Positions 9,693-17,777 of a stretch of 20,000 bases of DNA are shown one piece after another. Numbering within the stretch: position 1 is the stretch's first letter; every line of letters starts with the position of its first letter. Origin of the DNA: an uncultured virus (IMG/VR IMGVR_UViG_3300033141_004958) (taxonomy: Duplodnaviria > Heunggongvirae > Uroviricota > Caudoviricetes). The translations under genes were made by a program, and so were the position numbers. The notes beneath the pieces are model-generated. The model worked only from the letters and a program-made list of their open reading frames with translations. It was not told where the DNA came from and ran no database searches. The stretch lies in the IMG/VR virus record IMGVR_UViG_3300033141_004958; one strand, 5' to 3'.

Positions 9693-10073
9693 TTATATTT
9701 TCCTTAGAGCCAAATTTAATGAATCCACCATTTGCGTTGTAACAATTCGATATAATATCTCAATATCATATTGTCCGTTATCTGGGTCGTTGGTTACTAT
9801 TATTTGCTGTACATCAATACGTGGTTCAAACAATTCAATTGCCTCTAAAATTTCTTCGCCTATTTGTTGACTTGTTATTTCATCCATTGGATGGAAAAGG
9901 TATTCGCGTAAGAAGCATCCATAATCTGGACGCATAACACGTTCACCGGGGGTTGTATTTAATAATAGACGAAGAGCTTGTTTTATGGCATCTCTATCAA
10001 CTTCTCTCTTAATATCCTTATCAGTTGCAATAGAAAAATCTAAATCGAGATCTGAATATAGAATATTACTCAT
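9693..10073 (-). CDS. gp25: Baseplate wedge subunit / sheath initiator gp25 (gpW-like)
   Basis: YSDLDLDF...AIKQALRLLLNTTPGERVMRPDYG...FEPRI; 126 aa. Confidence 0.95.
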   Translation of the reverse strand: MSNILYSDLDLDFSIATDKDIKREVDRDAIKQALRLLLNTTPGERVMRPDYGCFLREYLFHPMDEITSQQIGEEILEAIELFEPRIDVQQIIVTNDPDNGQYDIEILYRIVTTQMVDSLNLALRKI

Positions 10074-10074
10074 A

Positions 10075-10833
10075 CTATTCCCCTAGTACGCCTATATCAG
10101 CTGTAGTTGATACCATGCCAGTAGCCAACTTTTCTCCCGTAATTGTTATGGTATTGCCTTCCGTAGATGATGTTGAATGACAATATACATTTGTAGTAAT
10201 CGATGTAATTGGATATACCGTTTTCAGTGGTTTATATAGAACAATATCCATCGTAAAATCTAATGACCACCAAGCGAACAATCGTTGATCTTCCGGAGAA
10301 AATTCTTCTGGTACTTCTATATTTACACTTTCCAATACTATATTGCAATCACGCTCAAGGTTGAAGGTTCTTTCCTTTATACGCTTCGATGCACATGGTG
10401 TAAAATTAGGTAAAATATTTTCTAGAATTTGAAACATATTAGTAATATATCGGCCACCAATATTCAAAGTTAAATTTAATTTATATGGTATTGGGTTATA
10501 GTCTACACTATATGATGTAGCAACATCATTTTCGTAAGTTATATTCAATACTCTACGTTCAAATCTACCCGCCATTTTCTCAGTATCCAATTCGATTCCC
10601 TGTAATGTCGTTACGAGTACAGGAAAAAGTGGTTGTGTTGCATTAGCATCCGCCTGAAGTTGTTTAATTCGTTGATATGCCTTTTCTTTAGTACCAAACA
10701 TAATAGGTACCGAGATAGTATCGACAACATTATCATTAGAATCGTATTGTTTGATTTGGATATCATTAAAGATATCCATAAACGCAGCTAAATATGTCTT
10801 CAGGCTATTTCCGAAATAATATGTAAATGCCAT
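10075..10833 (-). CDS. gp15: Tail sheath stabilizer / tail terminator gp15
   Basis: YYFGNSLKTYLAAFMDIFNDIQI, VPIMFGTKEK, PIPYKLNLTLNI, QILENILPNFTP, LDFTMDIVLYKP match the T4 gp15 pattern. Confidence 0.9.
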   Translation of the reverse strand: MAFTYYFGNSLKTYLAAFMDIFNDIQIKQYDSNDNVVDTISVPIMFGTKEKAYQRIKQLQADANATQPLFPVLVTTLQGIELDTEKMAGRFERRVLNITYENDVATSYSVDYNPIPYKLNLTLNIGGRYITNMFQILENILPNFTPCASKRIKERTFNLERDCNIVLESVNIEVPEEFSPEDQRLFAWWSLDFTMDIVLYKPLKTVYPITSITTNVYCHSTSSTEGNTITITGEKLATGMVSTTADIGVLGE

Positions 10834-10836
10834 ATA

Positions 10837-11556
10837 CTATCCCGTTTCGTTAATTACCACCTGGGCTCCAGTTAATGTTAGAATACCTTGTGTTGTTATA
10901 TTGAGATTGCCGGTAGAACTAATATTTAATATTGTGCCGCTTTCAATATCTCCTTGCCCCGTTGAACTAATATCAAAGGTTCCACCGGATATAGAGATTT
11001 TACTACTTCCACTTATATTTATATCGCTACTACCGGAAATATTAATTTTACCCTGATTGTTTTTTATTGTTATTTCATTATTTTTACTAAAACAAATAAC
11101 ACTACCATCATGTCCCAATGCCATCCACTCTGAACCATGATGAAACATTAAAAATGCATGTCCATCAGATAGTAATGTCATATTATCAAGTGGCCGTTTA
11201 TTTGCCTCTGTATATTGTCCTGATACCGCTGCATTAACTTTGGCTCCTATGGCATCTACATCCTCTTTCCAATTATCCGCGCCAGGGCAAATAGCAAAAT
11301 ATACCGGTGTAGCAATATTACCATTTTCAAAAAATACCCACACCGTGGAATTTACCTCAGGTACTGCAAGGTTACCATTATGGTGCTGTATGGGCAAAGC
11401 TGGTTCTGCTATCGGCCATGCATTTTCATATTTTTGTTCTGCATCGGCATCATCATAGAGCTGTGGTATAAATATTCTAATTCGTCCATCTCCCAATGAT
11501 GATTTGACGACAGCCCTATAAAATCCAAATATATTTCGTTGTTTAGTAAGTTTCAT
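10837..11556 (-). CDS. gp5: Baseplate central spike, gp5/gpV-like (OB-fold plus beta-helix, no lysozyme domain)
   Basis: GFYRAVV...GRIRIFIPQL...VPEVNSTVWVFFENGNIATPVY OB-fold motif; C-terminal ~8-residue repeats GKINISGS/SDINISGS/SKISISGG/TFDISSTG; only 239 aa. Confidence 0.88.
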   Translation of the reverse strand: MKLTKQRNIFGFYRAVVKSSLGDGRIRIFIPQLYDDADAEQKYENAWPIAEPALPIQHHNGNLAVPEVNSTVWVFFENGNIATPVYFAICPGADNWKEDVDAIGAKVNAAVSGQYTEANKRPLDNMTLLSDGHAFLMFHHGSEWMALGHDGSVICFSKNNEITIKNNQGKINISGSSDINISGSSKISISGGTFDISSTGQGDIESGTILNISSTGNLNITTQGILTLTGAQVVINETG

Positions 11557-12805
11557 TGTTATAACAATTCTTTATAAAAGTAATATAGTTTAGATATGTA
11601 CCATCAATATCAATATTGTGCTCTACACTTGCAACTATCCATTGTCCCGAATATTGCGAATCTTCATCCGGAACAATTGACATTGTAGTTTGTGTATTAC
11701 GTTTAGATTGAAATATAATTTTGGCCTGTTGTCCCAAGGATCGGATTTGATGTCCATATACTACCGCATGTAATATAATATTATCTGCATTTGCCATAGC
11801 CATTGAGTTTTTATCAATATTGATATTCTCTTGCTCATCTCTACTATTTGCTGCTGATAACCGTTTGGTTTTTTTAACAATTTCTTCATCTGATAAATTA
11901 TCATTATAATAATATACAGGATAATTATCGGAGGTCATATATGGTGTTGGTTTAAATGTAGAAGATAGTCGATGAAATGAATTTGTCGTATAATCATAAA
12001 CAACCGATTCCCTGGCCCATGCTGAATGTGGCCAAATTGCTCCCGCCTTCGAGTATAGTTCATAGTTCAATATTAAGTTGTAGTTTTCCACATTGGCTAA
12101 TTCCGTTGAAGTAATTGGTTGCACTATATAATATTCTTTACTAAATTCATTAGCCATTGAAGTTAATGATTGTAATCTAATTTCTTTTCTCATATATGGT
12201 TCGGCTTCTTCAATAGCACTATCAGCCCATAAAAAATATGGTCCATCAGCAGCTGCTCCCAGTGCATATTCAATAATGTCAATAGCAAACCAATTTCGTG
12301 GAAATCCGATACGAACATTTTCATTGGATGAAAAATTTCCGTTTAGTGTATACTCCGGAACAACTCGTCGCATGCAGGTTTCTACAATTTGTAAATATGA
12401 ATGTTGGGTGAAAAACATCCGGGACGGCGAATCCAAGTATGCGTATAAATTCCTATATAGTGGATATTCAACAAGCCGCAATGATATAGTATTACCATAT
12501 ATTGCCGTTGGCGCTTCACGATTGAAAATCTCTGCCATATTTATCGGTTCAAAGTAAATTTCAAGAGCAGGAAACTCATCTCGTAGCTTAATATTTTGAA
12601 TACGCAAAACAAAAATTTCATTCCCAGTTAATTGCGATAGCTCGCGATGTGCATCCACATCTACAAAGGTTACTGTTGCTGTTCTATAAAATTGATTAAT
12701 ACCCGTACATAGCTTTAAATTAAACTTATAATTCATAATAACTTCTTCACTACCTTTAATATACGCCAACTGAGCAACACCGCCCCGACCATGATTAATC
12801 ACCAT
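11543..12805 (-). CDS. Baseplate hub protein (T4 gp27 / Mu gp44 / P2 gpD-like)
   Basis: 420 aa, between gp53 and the spike; C-terminal VYGHQIRSLGQ...YSGQWIVASVEHNID pattern typical of hub proteins; SD GAGGA. Confidence 0.65.
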   Translation of the reverse strand: MVINHGRGGVAQLAYIKGSEEVIMNYKFNLKLCTGINQFYRTATVTFVDVDAHRELSQLTGNEIFVLRIQNIKLRDEFPALEIYFEPINMAEIFNREAPTAIYGNTISLRLVEYPLYRNLYAYLDSPSRMFFTQHSYLQIVETCMRRVVPEYTLNGNFSSNENVRIGFPRNWFAIDIIEYALGAAADGPYFLWADSAIEEAEPYMRKEIRLQSLTSMANEFSKEYYIVQPITSTELANVENYNLILNYELYSKAGAIWPHSAWARESVVYDYTTNSFHRLSSTFKPTPYMTSDNYPVYYYNDNLSDEEIVKKTKRLSAANSRDEQENINIDKNSMAMANADNIILHAVVYGHQIRSLGQQAKIIFQSKRNTQTTMSIVPDEDSQYSGQWIVASVEHNIDIDGTYLNYITFIKNCYNNETY

Positions 12806-12807
12806 AC

Positions 12808-13170
12808 TTATTCCTCATGAGATTGTTTTTGCTCTTTAATAATTTTGAATATTTCAGCTAAGTATACAGGCTTAATAATTTTTATAACCCGGTCTTCGTC
12901 ATATGCCAATTCGAATGGATCAATAATTGAATTAAATAGATAAATGAACCACCAGAGGTTTGGCGTACCATAATATTCATTTGCTATTAAATCCCATCGT
13001 TTTGCAAGATGTGTCGGCACAACAAATTCATCATAGTATTTAATATCTCCGACATATCGTTCAATAACTTCATATACATTCCATATATCATAGATTTTTA
13101 TATCATCATAGGATATTACCGGAAATAAATTACTCATCTTGGTGGTGTTTGCCACTTTTATGTACCTCAC
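12808..13170 (-). CDS. gp53: Baseplate wedge subunit gp53 (LysM-like)
   Basis: RWDLIANEYYGTPNLWWFIYLFNSIIDPF motif. Start is uncertain (GTG 13170 or a GTG/ATG a few codons downstream). Confidence 0.9.
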   Translation of the reverse strand: MRYIKVANTTKMSNLFPVISYDDIKIYDIWNVYEVIERYVGDIKYYDEFVVPTHLAKRWDLIANEYYGTPNLWWFIYLFNSIIDPFELAYDEDRVIKIIKPVYLAEIFKIIKEQKQSHEE

Positions 13171-14504
13171 CTATAATGATCAAATCCTCGATCCGTCGGC
13201 ATTGGCTCAGTGCCGGACCTCACCTCGACTGGCTTTGGTCGTTCTATTTGTCTAATTTGAACTTTGCTTTCCTTTGATTGTACGCTCTTCAAAATATCAT
13301 CTCTAAACATTGGTACCAGACTTGTAAACGTAACATTCACCTCTGCCCATAATGGATATCCAGCCAACACCATATTTTCTTTATCAAATACCGAAATTCG
13401 TTTGCGTTTGTCCTGTTGATTAAGTGCGCGCTCGATAAGTTTAGATCCCAGTCTGCCCGCAGTACCCGCATATTTATTAATTTCTTCAAGATATCGAGTT
13501 CCGATGCGTTCGGCTCCTCGTATTAAAGTCCGTTTACTTCGCTTTGATGATGTATGTGACATGGCATTTGCATAGGCGCGCCAAGGACCATGATATGTAG
13601 TTTCAATTGCCGTAATCGCGCAACGTTCTAAATCTAAAATTTGGTTTGAAAAACTAATTGACCAATAACATGGTGCAACCCAAGATACGAAACTGTAAGT
13701 ATCGATGGATGCTGCGGCAGAACGCCTAAGAAAATTATATATTACTTGAAGATTAGATTTTGTTCCATCCGAATCCGTTGAACCCAGTGCGGATTCTATG
13801 GAATCCATAATATCTTGCATTTTGTTTTTGATGGTATTTATAATTTGATAATCTATTTTAGATGGATATGACAATGCACTCAATATAGTTGCCGGAACAA
13901 CAACATCAAAAAGTGGATCCGATGTAGCAATTAGAACCAATGGAACTGTAATTTCTATTGGTTCACTTTCCGAATATGCTTTTGGTCTTACAATTCTACC
14001 GCCTCTAACATCCGATGTTATACCGTTTGCAATAGCAAGGCCCCAATGCCCCCAACCTATTAATTTATCTAGAATTGCCATTCCCATCGAATCTTTATCT
14101 TCCCAAGAATGCGAATGTGATATTGCAATTTCTGCTGCATTTACTAAACAAATATAAGTTCCTATAGATCGCTTTTTATTATAAACCGTATTAAGCATTG
14201 ATTGACTGGTAACATTTTCTTTAGTAGAGCTGCGTTCGGCTTCTAGATTTTCTATATTAATTTGTCGCCATGCAGAAACTGATGTTGCTGGATCATATAC
14301 TTTTCCTCGTAGCCAACAAAACGAATCTTCACCATATTCCCTATATAGTTTATCAACCAAACCATTGTTTTGTGGAATTTTGAAGAAGAATCCTTTATCT
14401 TGTCCTGTTAGATCAAAGGTTTTGATAGATTCCCCACTACTTGTTGTTTGTTCTGATGTGGTAACTCCAATTGCACCACCAGGGGATATTGTTGGTAATA
14501 ACAT
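13167..14504 (-). CDS. Baseplate tail-tube cap / tube initiator, gp48-like
   Basis: PKAYSESEPIEITVPLVL, VAPCYWSISF, CAITAIETTYHGPW, GYPLWAEVNVTFTSL resemble the gp48/gpU tube-fold pattern; located between tape measure and gp53; SD GGAG. Confidence 0.65.
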   Translation of the reverse strand: MLLPTISPGGAIGVTTSEQTTSSGESIKTFDLTGQDKGFFFKIPQNNGLVDKLYREYGEDSFCWLRGKVYDPATSVSAWRQINIENLEAERSSTKENVTSQSMLNTVYNKKRSIGTYICLVNAAEIAISHSHSWEDKDSMGMAILDKLIGWGHWGLAIANGITSDVRGGRIVRPKAYSESEPIEITVPLVLIATSDPLFDVVVPATILSALSYPSKIDYQIINTIKNKMQDIMDSIESALGSTDSDGTKSNLQVIYNFLRRSAAASIDTYSFVSWVAPCYWSISFSNQILDLERCAITAIETTYHGPWRAYANAMSHTSSKRSKRTLIRGAERIGTRYLEEINKYAGTAGRLGSKLIERALNQQDKRKRISVFDKENMVLAGYPLWAEVNVTFTSLVPMFRDDILKSVQSKESKVQIRQIERPKPVEVRSGTEPMPTDRGFDHYR

Positions 14505-14515
14505 CTATATCTCCA

Positions 14516-16027
14516 TTATCGATTCGAGTCTAATATTGGCAATTGCCTACCAATATATATTGAATTATTGTCGGTTAAATTATTACCAACTGGTACTGGT
14601 ACAACTAATGGATGAAATGTCCCGGCCTCTTTCGCGCCTTCTCGTGCGCCATTTCGGGCAGATTCCGCTACACTATTAGCCAATTCCTCTGGAGAAATAT
14701 GCAGAGTTTGAATAGCCTCCAATATAGCTTCCCGGTCTTCCGGAGAAAGTTGCATATAATTTCGGCCGCGGCCTTCTTTAAGATATACCCAATAATTGGG
14801 TCGTATGCCCCATTCCTTTGGTACTCCAGGTATTAGATTTTCTGATAACATACGTACAAGGGATTGGTCCAGGGGCTCGCCTGGCTTGATGTTTAATGAC
14901 TCAAGTATTTCTTGACCTTGCCTGTCGGCTATTAAGCCTCTTGTGGCTTGTCTATTTAAATTGAGAGCTGTCTGTATAGCACTAAATTTTGATAAACCAC
15001 TCTCCATCAGGGCATAGACGAGCATATTTAAAAAATCTTCATCTTTAAATAAACGTGGATTCTCTCTATATGTACGATGGGCAATAGCCAGCGCCTTTGA
15101 TGGTGTTTCGGCTCTTCTTATTCTATTAAGCGGTTTCTTAATTTCTATAGCTTGAATACCAGGTATCATTAAAGCTATATTATATAAAGCGGCATCAATG
15201 CCAGAAATAATATTATACATGCGCGAGAAAAAAGATATTAGTACTGGAACAGTCTCCTTAAGAATATCCCACCCTTGAGTAAGAGCCCATTTCCCAAAGT
15301 CAGCTATATCGGCTGCTATAGGCTTTATATATTGATTCCAAAATTTAGGAATATCCTCTTCGATAAACTTTACTATCCGATTTGTAATGTCTTCCCAATT
15401 AAGTTCATTAAGATATTTCACCATACCATGGAATTTTTTGCTAAAGAACTCACTAATTTTATCCCAATATGTATATATAGTTGCGGCCACTAACCCCAAT
15501 GCAAAGAGTGTTAGAGTTCCTATTACTAGTATAGGAATAAGTGCTACAGTTAGCGTGGCAACCGCCGATGCAATAGTAGTAATGATAAGCGGTATCATTG
15601 TAACCAAATATGTAAATATGCTACCAATTCTCGCAAAAATGCCACGTTTTTTATCATTTATATCAGACTTAATACCCGCAATCTCTAATTTCAATTTAGC
15701 TACAACTCCACCAAATACTTTATCATTGCTTTCTTTAATAACAGTGGTTACTTTCTCAGTGGCTTCATAGAGGGATTTGGTATCATCGGCCATCTTTGAT
15801 AATACTTTATCTATTTCCATAGCAAGATTGGCCTTATCCTCGGCTTCTAATTTCTGCACCCATTTTGGCATTTCGGTATCTTTAACAGCATCGATTGCAG
15901 CTTGATGAACGCTCTCCGCAAGTTGTTTGGCAAGAGCCTCTTGCTCCTCTTTTGATGGCCCTTTAAATATATCTACAAGAGCTGCAAAGGCTTCTTTGGT
16001 TTCATTTTGTTCATCGCGTTTTAGCAT
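14516..16027 (-). CDS. Putative tape measure protein (gp29-like role), 503 aa
   Basis: Helical/coiled-coil N-terminus, long hydrophobic stretch (GIFARIG...VAATIYTYW) followed by periodic W/F residues (YWDKISEFF, NWEDI, FWNQY, KWALTQGW); canonical position after tube and chaperones. Confidence 0.7.
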   Translation of the reverse strand: MLKRDEQNETKEAFAALVDIFKGPSKEEQEALAKQLAESVHQAAIDAVKDTEMPKWVQKLEAEDKANLAMEIDKVLSKMADDTKSLYEATEKVTTVIKESNDKVFGGVVAKLKLEIAGIKSDINDKKRGIFARIGSIFTYLVTMIPLIITTIASAVATLTVALIPILVIGTLTLFALGLVAATIYTYWDKISEFFSKKFHGMVKYLNELNWEDITNRIVKFIEEDIPKFWNQYIKPIAADIADFGKWALTQGWDILKETVPVLISFFSRMYNIISGIDAALYNIALMIPGIQAIEIKKPLNRIRRAETPSKALAIAHRTYRENPRLFKDEDFLNMLVYALMESGLSKFSAIQTALNLNRQATRGLIADRQGQEILESLNIKPGEPLDQSLVRMLSENLIPGVPKEWGIRPNYWVYLKEGRGRNYMQLSPEDREAILEAIQTLHISPEELANSVAESARNGAREGAKEAGTFHPLVVPVPVGNNLTDNNSIYIGRQLPILDSNR

Positions 16028-16040
16028 TATATATTATATC

Positions 16041-16340
16041 CTATTTGAGACGATATATAGTTCCCAAAGATGGAATTTTACTACGACGCTTTATTGTAGA
16101 TATTTTATTATCCATATTTTTTGTAGCCTTCTCTAATTCACGTTTCTCATTTGCTATTTCCATCAATATCAATTCATACAAACTAAACGCCTCATATACC
16201 GGCATATTATCAATCTCATTGAACGATATATTTCGAGTAGATGAAATAAAGTACTTCATCTTAAATATATCTGAAGCCCGAATACCGGCTGAAATAATAT
16301 CATATATATTAAGAGATGAACTATTATCAAACGGCCGAAC
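16041..16340 (-). CDS. gp51: gp51-like baseplate hub assembly chaperone; probably made as a frameshift fusion to the upstream gp26-like ORF
   Basis: SDIFKMKYFISSTRNISFNEIDNMPVYEAFSLYELIL resembles the gp51 pattern (S-x-x-E-I-E/D-N-M-x-x-W/Y-E). Neither ATG 16376 nor ATG 16259 has a clear SD. The upstream boundary given is the first codon after the proposed shift site. Confidence 0.7.
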   Translation of the reverse strand, partial: VRPFDNSSSLNIYDIISAGIRASDIFKMKYFISSTRNISFNEIDNMPVYEAFSLYELILMEIANEKRELEKATKNMDNKISTIKRRSKIPSLGTIYRLK

Positions 16341-17145
16341 GAAAAAAGCGCGATAAGTCCTGTGTAAAGCGCACATCGACTTCTATTTCATTACCGCATG
16401 ACTTACATAATGTATTTACTTTTGTTCGAATGCCATATTCCCGTAAGTCAAGAATATATTGTTCAAGCGCTTCTCTCGCATCACCGCTTAAAACATCTAA
16501 TAGTTTGATTTTTTGTTGGAGTGTAAATGGGATATACTCTTCACTATCTTTTGGTTTCCACCCTTCTAATACAGACAGATATCCTGCAAATAAGATATCA
16601 AACATAGAGCGTGCTGCTCCGGTTTCGAGTTTAGGGTTCTGATATAGAAATTGTTCTATTTCCACTTCTTTTCGTCGGGTGGGTGGAGTGAGTATAATAG
16701 TAGTATCGACAGACCTCAGAGGCAATTCCCGCATAAATATATCCGTCGTTCCTTCAGGTGATTTTGTCGATAGTTCTAAGATTGATAATTTAATTTCATT
16801 ATCTGTTTGACATTGTGAACAAACCCCACGCAATACTATATCATCTGATTTTGAATATGCCTTTAACATTAATAATAAATACTCTCTATCAAAAATATAC
16901 ATATCCAAAACATCATCACAACCTTCAATTATACATTTTCGGAAAAGAGCATCAATCGCTTTATTCGCAACCCTAATATCACCATCTTCAAACGCTTTTA
17001 TTATAGACATAAAATCCTTAGTGGTCATAGCCTTAATTGTAATTGATTCGCCGCTGAATGGCAATGTTATAATATGTTCAGGATACTCTACCTCGGTATA
17101 TTGCTTCAAAATTTTATCAAACGCACCATTGGTATTTTGTTGCAT
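16327..17145 (-). CDS. gp26: gp26-like baseplate hub / tail assembly chaperone with two CxxC motifs
   Basis: YPEHIITLPFSGESITIKAMTTKD, FDREYLLLMLKAYS, CSQC...CKSC, ending in FF; followed by TGA TAA TAG. Confidence 0.85.
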   Translation of the reverse strand: MQQNTNGAFDKILKQYTEVEYPEHIITLPFSGESITIKAMTTKDFMSIIKAFEDGDIRVANKAIDALFRKCIIEGCDDVLDMYIFDREYLLLMLKAYSKSDDIVLRGVCSQCQTDNEIKLSILELSTKSPEGTTDIFMRELPLRSVDTTIILTPPTRRKEVEIEQFLYQNPKLETGAARSMFDILFAGYLSVLEGWKPKDSEEYIPFTLQQKIKLLDVLSGDAREALEQYILDLREYGIRTKVNTLCKSCGNEIEVDVRFTQDLSRFFRSAV

Positions 17146-17190
17146 ATCAATGCCTTTCTAATATAGGTTAACAAAAACGTTAATTGGATA

Positions 17191-17757
17191 TTATATGCTT
17201 ACCGATGCAGCTGCAGCAAAACCCGTATCATCTTGAGCTGTCCAATATGCATATGAAAATGTTACATCAAATTCCTCAGGACCGGTCTCTTCTTGGCTTA
17301 ATGCAATTTCACCCACTGTTGCGGGCCATGCTTGCACCAACCGAATCGAAGTAATAAAAGTACCATCTCTATGCAATTGATGAACTTTAACATTATCTGA
17401 TAGATATTGCGATGGAGATCCATATTCCAATTCAGCTGGATTATAACAACGGTCTTGCCATTCTAATAACGCATTGCGCAATGCATGTGCGGCATCCGCC
17501 ATAAGCGTAACTGTCCAATCATCATATGTTGGATTGCCTGGTAATCTAAGCCTTAATCCTTGAAATGGTATTTCAACTAATTCTAAAGTTCTTGGTGGTA
17601 GTGTTGTTGCACGCGCATATATACTCTGTGATATAGCATCCCATTCACCACCTAATCCTTCAGGCGGAGCAATCTCAATCAAAAATAAATTTGGTCGAGC
17701 AAAATCCTTAACTTCATCCGAAAATCGTTTTGGCGTAAAACCTGCAATGCCTGCCAT
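17191..17757 (-). CDS. gp19: Tail tube protein gp19
   Basis: FARPNLFLIEI, RATTLP, IPFQGLRLRLPGNPTYDDWTVT, AWPATVGEIALS, EEFDVTFSYAYW. AGGAGG lies 9 nt before ATG 17757 but only 3 nt before the track's GTG 17763. Confidence 0.96.
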   Translation of the reverse strand: MAGIAGFTPKRFSDEVKDFARPNLFLIEIAPPEGLGGEWDAISQSIYARATTLPPRTLELVEIPFQGLRLRLPGNPTYDDWTVTLMADAAHALRNALLEWQDRCYNPAELEYGSPSQYLSDNVKVHQLHRDGTFITSIRLVQAWPATVGEIALSQEETGPEEFDVTFSYAYWTAQDDTGFAAAASVSI

Positions 17758-17777
17758 TGGCACTATCCTCCTAAATT

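Noticed and set aside
16256..16348. Canonical -1 frameshift at the end of gp26
   Set aside because: C TTT TTT is an imperfect heptamer, and the -1 frame stops at TGA after ~30 codons without reaching the gp51-like motif, which is in the +1 frame.
17168..17183. Terminator between the tube gene and gp26 (TTAACG-TTTT-TGTTAA)
   Set aside because: The stem is short and AT-rich with no following U tract, too weak to call.
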